From: Nemertoderma westbladi
Lineage: Eukaryota; Animalia; Xenacoelomorpha
Assembly: GCA_032718475.1 (NCBI GenBank)
Contig: JAUCBJ010004949.1
Span: 1-39,704, forward strand
Direction: 5' to 3'
DNA length: 39,704 bases
Under the pieces are notes generated by a model. That model did no database searches. It was not told the DNA's origin and saw nothing but the letters and a program-made list of their open reading frames with translations. Positions within the stretch are counted from its first letter, which is position 1, and every line of letters begins with the position of its first letter. The position numbers were made by a program, and so were the translations under genes. Positions 10,451 through 23,410 of this stretch are shown here, in pieces.

Positions 10451-11484
10451 GGGTCGATTACGCAAAAAGTGGCCAAAATTGTGTCAGACGTAATTTCGCC
10501 ATCTCCATAACCCATAACCATATAAACCTATATATATTTCTATAGAGCGAATTTTCGCACATTTTTTGGCATTGGTTTTAAGCAATTTGACATATATTTT
10601 CCTTGGATTACAAGCACGAAATTGACATATGATGCAATGTCCGATTTTGAGATACAAACGATCATAACTAAATGTCAGTAAAAGTTACTTCCAGTAAACT
10701 ATATATCAGCTAAAAGCTTATTTCGTGATCTACAATCCAGTACTAGTCGTTATGCGGGTACACTTCTTTATAGTTTTGTTTTTTGAGGAATGAAAAATGC
10801 TACATGTTCGTTTTTATAAATTTTTTAGGTGTTGTAACGCTCGTATTTGAAACTTTTTATTGTGAAATGTGTTTGTTTCAAGGTAAGTATTTTCCGAAAG
10901 ATAATTTTATTGGCTATCCAGACGAAGGAACGCTAATCGATATGTCCAGCAGAAATTATGCCCAAAAGTTTGCCAAGTAGTTTTTTAACGTCATTGGAAA
11001 TGTCCATCTTGTAACGCCCTTATTTTTTCTCTAACTTTTCTTCCACAAATCGGATTTACTTAATGTAAAGTTTATTTATACCGCTTCTGAAAGCGCTATC
11101 TAATGATATACAAGGTCAAGCTTTCACGTTAACCTAATCAGATTTCTAAGCATGTCCACAGTTGTCCTGAATGTAACGTTATGTAACGCATTGTAACGAT
11201 GTCGACTCACTTGTAAAGCATGCACATAAATATGTAACGCAAATAAACGCAAAAAGCAAAAACAAATGTTTAAACAAGGAAATTGATATGAGACAAAGCG
11301 TTACCGACGAGACATACGTTTCTCGTCCATAACTTTTTTACTATTGGTAGAAAAAAAGAACCACTATGAAATTTGAAATCAGCACGCTAAGGGCTTTCAA
11401 AATATGTCTGGTTTGATAGGGTTTGAGAAATTTTTTTTTTAATTTCTTAACCTTGAATTTGGCCATTTTTTGCGTAATCGACCC
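10451..11484. mobile_element. Non-autonomous TIR DNA transposon, ~1.03 kb (Sola-like; related to 29111-31450)
   Basis: TIRs GGGTCGATTACGCAAAAAGTGGCCAAA / TTTGGCCATTTTTTGCGTAATCGACCC and many internal TGTAACG motifs. The TSD is not intact (AAGT vs AATA). Confidence 0.75.
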
Positions 11485-11559
11485 AATAGTTGACTTATGG
11501 CCTTATGACACTTTCATTTCTTTTATTTCACCTAGAGCAGAATTTAATACATAAGCCGA

Positions 11560-11906
11560 CTTACTGATACAATTGACATCGGAAATGGAATCACCGACAT
11601 GGAAAACCAACATAAACAACCATTTTACAAGGTACGGTGTGTTTCATTCCATTTTGACTGACAAACCGACACACGGACAGATAAGATATATACAGACTCG
11701 CCAAACATTAAAACTGACATCAGAAATGAAATCGGCGTTCTGGAAAACCTTCATATCGTAAATGTTAACGAGATGTGTGTGCTTTTGTTTATTTTGACAA
11801 ACTGACCTACTAACAGAAAGACATCTAGACGGACAGACCGATAATATGCCGTCAAAAATAAAAACTGTTATTGGAAAACCCCCATAACGACAATTTTAGA
11901 AGATTA
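11560..11906. repeat. Degenerate tandem copies of the ~147-bp GACAGAC/GAAATGAAATC/GGAAAACC repeat family
   Basis: TGACATCGGAAATGGAATC...GGAAAACC...ATTTTGAC motifs repeated ~2.5 times, resembling the unit at 25701-26600. Confidence 0.6.
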
Positions 11907-12091
11907 TTTTTTTAAGATAGATAAACCCCTGGACGGGGTAAATTTAATTAGGTAGGTAACACAGAGAATAATTAATTAAAGCAGATATAAATACAGAGAA
12001 TAATAAATAAATAGCCGGCTCCAGAAATAATATGCCTAATGAGTTTAGGGTTAAAGTGTGCGCTGTGTTGTCGCTAATATTGATAATTTAA
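11907..12091. repeat. ~185-bp unique leader of the satellite, copy 1
   Basis: TTTTTTTAAGATAGATAAACCCCTGGACGGGGTAAA...TGATAATTTAA is repeated identically 3520 bp downstream. Confidence 0.92.
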
Positions 12092-15000
12092 GACATTCCT
12101 TAGGTAATGGTACAGTAGGGGTAGCGGATATTCCTTAGGTAATGGTACAGTAGGGGTAGCGGATATTCCTTAGGTAATGGTACAGTAAGGGTAGCGGATA
12201 TTCCTTAGGTAATGGTAAAGTAGGGGTAGCGGATATTCCTTAGGTAATGGTACAGTAGGGGTAGCGGATATTCCTGAGGTAATGGTACAGTAGGGGTAGC
12301 GGATATTCCTTAGGTAATGGTACAGTAGGGGTAGCGGATATTCCTTAGGTAATGGTACAATACGGGTAGCGGATATTCCTTAGGTAATGGTACAGTAGGG
12401 GTAGCGGATATTCCTGAGGTAATGGTACAGTAGGGGTAGCGGATATTCCTTAGGTAATGGTACAGTAGGGGTAGCGGATATTCCTTAGGTAATGGTACCG
12501 TAGAGGTAGCGGATATTCCTGAGGTAATGGTACAGTAGGGGTAGCGGATATTCCTTAGGTAATGGTACAGTAGGGGTAGCGGATATTCCTTAGGTAATGG
12601 TACAGTAGGGGTAGCGGATATTCCTTAGGTAATATGGTACAGTAGGGGTAGCGATATTCCTTAGGTAATGGTACACTGGGGGTAGCGGATATTCCTTAGG
12701 TAATGGTACAGTAGGGGTAGCGGATATTCCTGAGGTAATGGTACAGTAGGGGTAGCGGATATTCCTTAGGTTATGGTACAGTAGGGGTAGCGGATATTCT
12801 TTAGGTAATGGTACAGTAGGGGTAGCGGATATTCCTTAGGTAATGGTACAGTAGGGGTAGCGGATATTCCTTAGGTAATGGTACAGTAGGGGTAGCGGAT
12901 ATTCCTTAGGTAATATGATACAGTAGGGGTATCGGATATTCCTTAGGTAATGGTACACTAGGGGTAGCGGATATTCCTTAGGTAATGGTACAGTAGGGGT
13001 AGCGGATATTCCTGAGGTAATGGTACAGTAGGGGTAGCGGATATTCCTTAGGTTATGGTACAGAAGGGGTAGCGGATATTCTTTAGGTAATGGTACAGTA
13101 GGGGTAGCGGATATTCCTTAGGTAATGGTACAGTAGGGGTAGCGGATATTCCTTAGGTAATGGTACAGTAGGGGTAGCGGATATTCCTTAGGTTATGGTA
13201 CAGTAGGGGTAGCGGACATTCCTTAATTAATGGTACAGTAGGGGTAACGGATATTCGTTAGGTAATGGTACAGTAGGGGTAGCCTATATTCCGTAGGTAA
13301 TGGTACAGTAGGGGTAGCGGATATACCTTAGGTAATGGTACAGTAGGGGTAGCGGATATTCCATAGGCGGACATTCCTTAGGTAATGGTACAGTAGGGGT
13401 AGCGGATATTCCTTAGGTAATGGTACAATAGGGGTAGCGGATATTCCTTAGGTAATGGTACAGTAGGGGTAGCGGATATTCCTTAGGTAATGGTACAGTA
13501 GGGGTAGAGGATATTCCTTAGGTAATGGTACAGTAGGGGTAGCGGATATTCCTTAGGTAATGGTACAGTAGGGGTAGCGGATATTCCTTGGGTAATGGTA
13601 CAGTAGTGGTAGCGGATATTCCTTAGGTAATGGTACAGTAGGGGTAGCGGATATTCCTTAGGTAATGGTACAGTAGGGGTAGCGGATATTCCTTAGGTAA
13701 TGGTACAGTAGGGGTAGCGGATATTCCTTAGGCGGACATTCCTTAGGTAATGGTACAGTAGGGGTAGCGGATATTCCTGAGGTAATGGTACAGGAGGGGT
13801 AGTGGATATTCCTTAGGTAATGGTACAGTAGGGGTAGCGGATATTACTTAGGTAATGGTACAGTAGGAGTAGCGGATATTCCTTAGGTAATGGTACAGTA
13901 GGGGTAGCGGATATTCTTTAGGTAATTGTACAGTAGGGGTAGCGGATATTCTTTAGGTAAAGGTACAGTAAGGGTAGCGGATATTCTTTAGGTAATGGTA
14001 CAGTAGGGGTAGCGGATATTCCTTAGGTAATGGTACAGTAAGGGTAGCGGATATTCCATAGGTAATGGTACAGTAGGGGTAGCGGACATTCCTTAATTAA
14101 TGGTACAGTAGGGGTAGCGGATATTCGTTAGGTAATGGTACAGTAGGGAGAGCGGATATTCCTTAGGTAATGGTACAGTAGGGGTAGCGGATATACCTTA
14201 GGTAATGGTACTGTAGGGGTAGCGGATATTCCATAGACGGACATTCCTTAGGTAATGGTACAGTAGGGGTAGCGGATATTCCTTAGGTAATGGTACAGTA
14301 GGGGTAGCGGATATTCCATAGGCGGACATTCCTTAGGTAATGGTACAGTAGGGGTAGCGGATATTCCTTAGGTAATGGTACAGTAGGGGTAGCGGATATT
14401 CCTTAGGCGGACATTCCTTAGGTAATGGTACAGTAGGGGTAGCGGATATTCCTGAGGTAATGGTACAGGAGGGGTAGCGGATATTCCTGAGGTAATGGTA
14501 CAGTAGGGGTAGCGGATATTACTTAGGTAATGGTACAGTAGGGGTAGCGGATATTCCTTAGGTAATGGTACAGTAGGGGTAGCGGATATTCCTGAGGTAA
14601 TGGTACAGGAGGGGTAGCGGATATTCCTTAGGTAATGGTACAGTAGGGGTAGCGGATATTACTTAGGTAATGGTACAGTAGGGGTAGCGGATATTCCTTA
14701 GGTAATGGTACAGTAGGGGTAGCGGATATTCTTTAGGTAATTGTACAGTAGGGGTAGCGGATATTCTTTAGGTAAAGGTACAGTAAGGGTAGCGGATATT
14801 CCTTAGGTAATGGTACAGTAGGGGTAGCGGATATTCCTTAGGTAATGGTACAGTAGGGGTAGCGGATATTCCTGAGGTAATGGTACAGTAGGGGTAGCGG
14901 ATATTCCTTAGGTTATGGTACAGTAGGGGTAGCGGATATTCTTTAGGTAATGGTACAGTAGGGGTAGCGGATATTCCTTAGGTAATGGTACAGTAGGGGT

Positions 15001-18000
15001 AGCGGATATTCCTTAGGTAATGGTACAGTAGGGGTAGCGGATATTCCTTAGGTAATATGATACAGTAGGGGTAGCGGATATTCCTTAGGTAATGGTACAC
15101 TAGGGGTAGCGGATATTCCTTAGGTAATGGTACAGTAGGGGTAGCGGATATTCCTGAGGTAATGGTACAGTAGGGGTAGCGGATATTCCTTAGGTTATGG
15201 TACAGTAGGGGTAGCGGATATTCTTTAGGTAATGGTACAGTAGGGGTAGCGGATATTCCTTAGGTAATGGTACAGTAGGGGTAGCGGATATTCCTTAGGT
15301 AATGGTACAGTAGGGGTAGCGGATATTCCTTAGGTTATGGTACAGTAGGGGTAGCGGACATTCCTTAATTAATGGTACAGTAGGGGTAACGGATATTCGT
15401 TAGGTAATGGTACAGTAGGGGTAGGTTTTTTTTAAGATAGATAAACCCCTGGACGGGGTAAATTTAATTAGGTAGGTAACACAGAGAATAATTAATTAAA
15501 GCAGATATAAATACAGAGAATAATAAATAAATAGCCGGCTCCAGAAATAATATGCCTAATGAGTTTAGGGTTAAAGTGTGCGCTGTGTTGTCGCTAATAT
15601 TGATAATTTAAGACATTCCTTAGGTAATGGTACAGTAGGGGTAGCGGATATTCCTTAGGTAATGGTACAGTAGGGGTAGCGGATATTCCTTAGGTAATGG
15701 TACAGTAAGGGTAGCGGATATTCCTTAGGTAATGGTACAGTAGGGGTAGATGATATTCCTTAGGTAATGGTACAGTAGGGGTAGCGGATATTCCTTAGGT
15801 AATGGTACAGTAGGGGTAGCGGATATTCCTTGGGTAATGGTACAGTAGTGGTAGCGGATATTCCTTAGGTAATGGTACAGTAGGGGTAGCGGATATTCCT
15901 TAGGTAATGGTACAGTAGGGGTAGCGGATATTCCTTAGGTAATGGTACAGTAGGGGTAGCGGATATTCCTTAGGCGGACATTCCTTAGGTAATGGTACAG
16001 TAGGGGTAGCGGATATTCCTGAGGTAATGGTACAGGAGGGGTAGTGGATATTCCTTAGGTAATGGTACAGTAGGGGTAGCGGATATTACTTAGGTAATGG
16101 TACAGTAGGAGTAGCGGATATTCCTTAGGTAATGGTACAGTAGGGGTAGCGGATATTCTTTAGGTAATTGTACAGTAGGGGTAGCGGATATTCTTTAGGT
16201 AAAGGTACAGTAAGGGTAGCGGATATTCTTTAGGTAATGGTACAGTAGGAGTAGCGGATATTCCTTAGGTAATGGTACAGTAGGGGTAGCGGATATTCCA
16301 TAGGTAATGGTACAGTAGGGGTAGCGGACATTCCTTAATTAATGGTACAGTAGGGGTAGCGGATATTCGTTAGGTAATGGTACAGTAGGGAGAGCGGATA
16401 TTCCTTAGGTAATGGTACAGTAGGGGTAGCGGATATACCTTAGGTAATGGTACTGTAGGGGTAGCGGATATTCCATAGACGGACATTCCTTAGGTAATGG
16501 TACAGTAGGGGTAGCGGATATTCCTTAGGTAATGGTACAGTAGGGGTAGCGGATATTCCATAGGCGGACATTCCTTAGGTAATGGTACAGTAGGGGTAGC
16601 GGATATTCCTTAGGTAATGGTACAGTAGGGGTAGCGGATATTCCTTAGGCGGACATTCCTTAGGTAATGGTACAGTAGGGGTAGCGGATATTCCTGAGGT
16701 AATGGTACAGGAGGGGTAGCGGATATTCCTGAGGTAATGGTACAGTAGGGGTAGCGGATATTACTTAGGTAATGGTACAGTAGGGGTAGCGGATATTCCT
16801 TAGGTAATGGTACAGGAAGGGTAGCGGATATTCCTGAGGTAATGGTACAGGAGGGGTAGCGGATATTCCTGAGGTAATGGTACAGTAGGGGTAGCGGATA
16901 TTACTTAGGTAATGGTACAGTAGGGGTAGCGGATATTCCTTAGGTAATGGTACAGTAGGGGTAGCGGATATTCCTGAGGTAATGGTACAGGAGGGGTAGC
17001 GGATATTCCTGAGGTAATGGAACAGTAGGGGTAGCGGATATTACTTAGGTAATGGTACAGTAGGGGTAGCGGATATTCCTTAGGTAATGGTACAGTAGGG
17101 GTAGCGGATATTCCTGAGGTAATGGTACAGGAGGGGTAGCGGATATTCCTTAGGTAATGGTACAGTAGGGGTAGCGGATATTACTTAGGTAATGGTACAG
17201 TAGGGGTAGCGGATATTCCTTAGGTAATGGTACAGTAGGGGTAGCGGATATTCTTTAGGTAATTGTACAGTAGGGGTAGCGGATATTCTTTAGGTAAAGG
17301 TACAGTAAGGGTAGCGGATATTCCTTAGGTAATGGTACAGTAGGGGTAGCGGATATTCCTTAGGTAATGGTACAGTAGGGGTAGCGGATATTCCTTAGGT
17401 AATGGTACAGTAGGGGTAGAGGATATTCCTTAGGTAATGGTACAGTAGGGGTAGCGGATATTCCTTAGGTAATGGTACAGTAGGGGTAGCGGATATTCCT
17501 TGGGTAATGGTACAGTAGTGGTAGCGGATATTCCTTAGGTAATGGTACAGTAGGGGTAGCGGATATTCCTTAGGTAATGGTACAGTAGGGGTAGCGGATA
17601 TTCCTTAGGTAATGGTACAGTAGGGGTAGCGGATATTCCTTAGGTGGACATTCCTTAGGTAATGGTACAGTAGGGGTAGCGGATATTCCTGAGGTAATGG
17701 TACAGGAGGGGTAGTGGATATTCCTTAGGTAATGGTACAGTAGGGGTAGCGGATATTACTTAGGTAATGGTACAGTAGGAGTAGCGGATATTCCTTAGGT
17801 AATGGTACAGTAGGGGTAGCGGATATTCTTTAGGTAATTGTACAGTAGGGGTAGCGGATATTCTTTAGGTAAAGGTACAGTACGGGTAGCGGATATTCTT
17901 TAGGTAATGGTACAGTAGGGGTAGCGGATATTCCTTAGGTAATGGTACAGTAGGGGTAGCGGATATTCCATAGGTAATGGTACAGTAGGGGTAGCGGACA

Positions 18001-21000
18001 TTCCTTAATTAATGGTACAGTAGGGGTAGCGGATATTCGTTAGGTAATGGTACAGTAGGGAGAGCGGATATTCCTTAGGTAATGGTACAGTAGGGGTAGC
18101 GGATATACGTTAGGTAATGGTACAGTAGGGGTAGCGGATATTCCATAGACGGACATTCCTTAGGTAATGGTACAGTAGGGGTAGCGGATATTCCTTAGGT
18201 AATGGTACAGTAGGGGTAGCGGATATTCCATAGGCGGACATTCCTTAGGTAATGGTACAGTAGGGGTAGCGGATATTCCTTAGGTAATGGTACAGTAGGG
18301 GTAGCGGATATTCCTTAGGCGGACATTCCTTAGGTAATGGTACAGTAGGGGTAGCGGATATTCCTGAGGTAATGGTACAGGAGGGGTAGCGGATATTCCT
18401 TAGGTAATGGTACAGTAGGGGTAGCGGATATTACTTAGGTAATGGTACAGTAGGGGTAGCGGATATTCCTTAGGTAATGGTACAGTAGGGGTAGCGGATA
18501 TTCTTTAGGTAATTGTACAGTAGGGGTAGCGGATATTCTTTAGGTAAAGGTACAGTAAGGGTAGCGGATATTCCTTTGGTAATGGTACAGTAGGGGTAGC
18601 GGATATTCCTTAGGTAATGGTACAGTAGGGGTAGCGGATATTCCTTAGGTAATGGTACAGTAGGGGTAGCGGACATTCCTTAGGTAATGGTACAGTAGGG
18701 GTAGCGGACATTCCTTAGGTAATGGTACAGTAGGGGTAGCGGATATTCTTTAGGTAATGGTACATTAAGGGTAGCGGATATTCCTTAGGTAATGGTACAG
18801 TAAGGGTAGCGGACATTCCTTAGGTAATGGTACAGTAGGGGTAGCGGATATTCTTTAGGTAATTGTACAGTAGGGGTAGCGGATATTCTTTAGGTAATGG
18901 TACAGTAAGGGTAGCGGATATTCCTTAGGTAATGGTACAGTAGGAGTAGCGGATATTCGTTAGGTAATGGTACAGTAAGGGTAGCGGATATTCCTTAGGT
19001 AATGGTACAGTAGGGCTAGCGGATATTCCTTAGGTAATGGTACAGTAGGAGTAGCGGACATTCCTTAGGTAATGGTACAGTAGGGGTAGCGGACATTCCT
19101 TAGGTAATGGTACAGTAGGGGTAGCGGACATTCCTTAGGTAATGGTACAGTAGGGGTAGCGGACATTCCTTAGGTAATGGTACAGTAGGGGTAGCGGATA
19201 TTCTTTAGGTAATGGTACATTAAGGGTAGCGGATATTCCTTAGGTAATGGTACAGTAAGGGTAGCGGACATTCCTTAGGTAATGGTACAGTAGGGGTAGC
19301 GGATATTCTTTAGGTAATGGTACAGTAAGGGTAGCGGATATTCCTTAGGCGGACATTCCTTAGGTAATGGTACAGTAGGGGTAGCGGATATTCCTGAGGT
19401 AATGGTACAGGAGGGGTAGCGGATATTCCTTAGGTAATGGTACAGTAGGGGTAGCGGATATTACTTAGGTAATGGTACAGTAGGGGTAGCGGATATTCCT
19501 TAGGTAATGGTACAGTAGGGGTAGCGGATATTCTTTAGGTAATTGTACAGTAGGGGTAGCGGATATTCTTTAGGTAAAGGTACAGTAAGGGTAGCGGATA
19601 TTCCTTAGGTAATGGTACAGTGGGGGTAGCGGATATTCCTTAGGTAATGGTACAGTAGGGGTAGCGGATATTCCTTAGGTAATGGTACAGTAGGGGTAGC
19701 GGACATTCCTTAGGTAATGGTACAGTAGGGGTAGCGGACATTCCTTAGGTAATGGTACAGTAGGGGTAGCGGATATTCTTTAGGTCATGGTACATTAAGG
19801 GTAGCGGATATTCCTTAGGTAATGGTACAGTAAGGGTAGCGGACATTCCTTAGGTAATGGTACAGTAGGGGTAGCGGATATTCTTTAGGTAATTGTACAG
19901 TAGGGGTAGCGGATATTCTTTAGGTAATGGTACAGTAAGGGTAGCGGATATTCCTTAGGTAATGGTACAGTAGGAGTAGCGGATATTCGTTAGGTAATGG
20001 TACAGTAAGGGTAGCGGATATTCCTTAGGTAATGGTACAGTAGGGGTAGCGGATATTCCTTAGGTAATGGTACAGTAGGAGTAGCGGACATTCCTTAGGT
20101 AATGGTACAGTAGGGGTAGCGGACATTCCTTAGGTAATGGTACAGTAGGGGTAGCGGATATTCCTTAGGTAATGGTACAGTGGGGGTAGCGGATATTCGA
20201 TAGGTAATGGTACAGTAGGAGTAGCGGACATTCCTTAGGTAATGGTACAGTAGGGGTAGCGGACATTCCTTAGGTAATGGTACAGTAGGAGTAGCGGATA
20301 TTCCTTAGGTAATGGTACAGTGGGGGTAGCGGATATTCGTTAGGTAATGGTACAGTAAGGGTAGCGGATATTCCTTAGGTAATGGTGCAGTAGGGGTACC
20401 GGATATTCGTTAGGTAATGGTACAGTGGGGGTAGCGGATATTCGTTAAGTAATGGTACAGTGGGGGTAGCGGATATTCGTTAGGTAATGGTACAGTAAGG
20501 GTAGCGGATATTCCTTAGGTAATGGTGCAGTAGGGGTAGCGGATATTCGTTAGGTAATGGTACAGTAGGGGTAGCGGATATTCCTTAGGTAATGGTACAG
20601 TAGGGGTAGCGGATATTCCTTAGGTAATGGTACAATAGGGGTAGCGGATATTCCTTAGGTAATGGTACAGTAGGGGTAGCGGATATTCGTTAGGTAACGG
20701 TACAGTAGGGGTAGCGGATATTCCTTAGATAATGGTACATCTGGGGTAGCGGATATTCCTTAGGTAATGGTACAGTAGGGGTAGCGGATATTCGTTAGGT
20801 AATGGTACAGTAGGGGTAGCGGATATTCCTTTAGTAATGGTACAGTAGGGGTAGCGGATATTCCTTAGGTAATGGTACAGTAGGGGTAGCGGATATTCTT
20901 TAGGTAATGGTACAGTAGGGGTAGCGGATATTCGTTAGGTAATGGTACAGTAAGGGTAGCGGATATTCTTTAGGTAATGGTACAGTAGGGGTAGCGGATA

Positions 21001-23262
21001 TTCCTTAGGTAATGGTACAGTAGGGGTGCGGATATTCCTAAGGTAATGGTACAGTAAGGGTAGCGGATATTCCTTAGGTAATGGTAAAGTAGGGGTAGCG
21101 GATATTCCTTAGGTAATGGTACAGTAGGGGTAGCGGATATTCTTTAGGTAATGGTACAGTAGGGGTAGCGGATATTCGTTAGGTAATGGTATAGTAGGGG
21201 TAGCGATTATTCCGTAGGTAATGGTACAGTAGGGGTAGCGGATATTCCTTAGGCGGACATTCCTTAGGTAATGGTACAGTAGGGGTAGCGGATATTCCTG
21301 AGGTAATGGTACAGGAGGGGTAGCGGATATTCCTTAGGTAATGGTACAGTAGGGGTAGCGGATATTACTTAGGTAATGGTACAGTAGGGGTAGCGGATAT
21401 TCCTTAGGTAATGGTACAGTAGGGGTAGCGGATATTCTTTAGGTAATTGTACAGTAGGGGTAGCGGATATTCTTTAGGTAAAGGTACAGTAAGGGTAGCG
21501 GATATTCCTTAGGTAATGGTACAGTAGGGGTAGCGGATATTCCTTAGGTAATGGTACAGTAGAGGTAGCGGATATTCCTTAGGTAATGGTACAGTAGGGG
21601 TAGCGGACATTCCTTAGGTAATGGTACAGTAGGGGTAGCGGACATTCCTTAGGTAATGGTACAGTAGGGGTAGCGGATATTCTTTAGGTCATGGTACATT
21701 AAGGGTAGCGGATATTCCTTAGGTAATGGTACAGTAAGGGTAGCGGACATTCCTTAGGTAATGGTACAGTAGGGGTAGCGGATATTCTTTAGGTAATTGT
21801 ACAGTAGGGGTAGCGGATATTCTTTAGGTAATGGTACAGTAAGGGTAGCGGATATTCCTTAGGTAATGGTACAGTAGGAGTAGCGGATATTCGTTAGGTA
21901 ATGGTACAGTAAGGGTAGCGGATATTCCTTAGGTAATGGTACAGTAGGGGTAGCGGATATTCCTTTGGTAATGGTACAGTAGGAGTAGCGGACATTCCTT
22001 AGGTAATGGTACAGTAGGGGTAGCGGACATTCCTTAGGTAATGGTACAGTAGGGGTAGCGGATATTCCTTAGGTAATGGTACAGTGGGGGTAGCGGATAT
22101 TCGATAGGTAATGGTACAGTAGGAGTAGCGGACATTCCTTAGGTAATGGTACAGTAGGGGTAGCGGACATTCCTTAGGTAATGGTACAGTAGGAGTAGCG
22201 GATATTCCTTAGGTAATGGTACAGTGGGGGTAGCGGATATTCGTTAGGTAATGGTACAGTAAGGGTAGCGGATATTCCTTAGGTAATGGTGCAGTAGGGG
22301 TACCGGATATTCGTTAGGTAATGGTACAGTGGGGGTAGCGGATATTCGTTAGGTAATGGTACAGTGGGGGTAGCGGATATTCGTTAGGTAATGGTACAGT
22401 AAGGGTAGCGGATATTCCTTAGGTAATGGTGCAGTAGGGGTAGCGGATATTCGTTAGGTAATGGTACAGTAGGGGTAGCGGATATTCCTTAGGTAATGGT
22501 ACAGTAGGGGTAGCGGATATTCCTTAGGTAATGGTACAATAGGGGTAGCGGATATTCCTTAGGTAATGGTACAGTAGGGGTAGCGGATATTCGTTAGGTA
22601 ACGGTACAGTAGGGGTAGCGGATATTCCTTAGATAATGGTACATCTGGGGTAGCGGATATTCCTTAGGTAATGGTACAGTAGGGGTAGCGGATATTCGTT
22701 AGGTAATGGTACAGTAGGGGTAGCGGATATTCCTTTAGTAATGGTACAGTAGGGGTAGCGGATATTCCTTAGGTAATGGTACAGTAGGGGTAGCGGATAT
22801 TCTTTAGGTAATGGTACAGTAGGGGTAGCGGATATTCGTTAGGTAATGGTACAGTAAGGGTAGCGGATATTCTTTAGGTAATGGTACAGTAGGGGTAGCG
22901 GATATTCCTTAGGTAATGGTACAGTAGGGGTGCGGATATTCCTAAGGTAATGGTACAGTAAGGGTAGCGGATATTCCTTAGGTAATGGTAAAGTAGGGGT
23001 AGCGGATATTCCTTAGGTAATGGTACAGTAGGGGTAGCGGATATTCTTTAGGTAATGGTACAGTAGGGGTAGCGGATATTCGTTAGGTAATGGTACAGTA
23101 AGGGTAGCGGATATTCTTTAGGTAATGGTACAGTAGGGGTAGCGGATATTCCGTAGGTAATGGTACAGTAGGGGTAGCGGATATTCCTAAGGTAATGGTA
23201 CAGTAAGGGTAGCGGATATTCCTTAGGTAATGGTACAGTAGGGGTAGCGGATATTCGTTAGG
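12092..23262. repeat. 35-bp satellite array, ~11.1 kb, roughly 310 copies, interrupted once by the duplicated leader
   Basis: Consensus GGATATTCCTTAGGTAATGGTACAGTAGGGGTAGC, head-to-tail with no spacers. Recurrent point variants and a 15-bp deletion variant (AGGCGGACATTCCTT) are present. Confidence 0.98.
15426..15611. repeat. Satellite leader, copy 2, embedded in the array
   Basis: Identical to 11907-12091 apart from one extra T in the initial T run, and followed by the same first repeat units. Confidence 0.92.
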
Positions 23263-23289
23263 GGGTCGTTAAAATGATTACCCGTTAAA

Positions 23290-23410
23290 TAAATGGGAGC
23301 AAATATTGGGATAGGCGTAGCGTAGCGCCCACCCCTACCTACCCTCGGGTAGCAGCTATCCAAAGAGGAGCCTTCGGGTCGCCTCCGCCCTCGGCCGACT
23401 GTTTGCTTTT
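23290..23410 (+). mobile_element. Possible SINE/retroposon 3' region
   Basis: GTAGCGCCCACCCCTAC...GTAGCAGCTATCCAAAGAGGAGCCTTCGGGTCGCCTCCGCCCTCGGCCGACTGTTTGCTTT resembles, from memory only, the 3' part of invertebrate SINEs. Not verified. Confidence 0.35.

Noticed and set aside
18470-18676. 68-aa ORF in the satellite
   Set aside because: Chance stop-free stretch produced by variant units.
12092-23262. CRISPR array (35-bp direct repeats)
   Set aside because: Units are head-to-tail with no unique spacers, there are no cas genes, and the context is eukaryotic.
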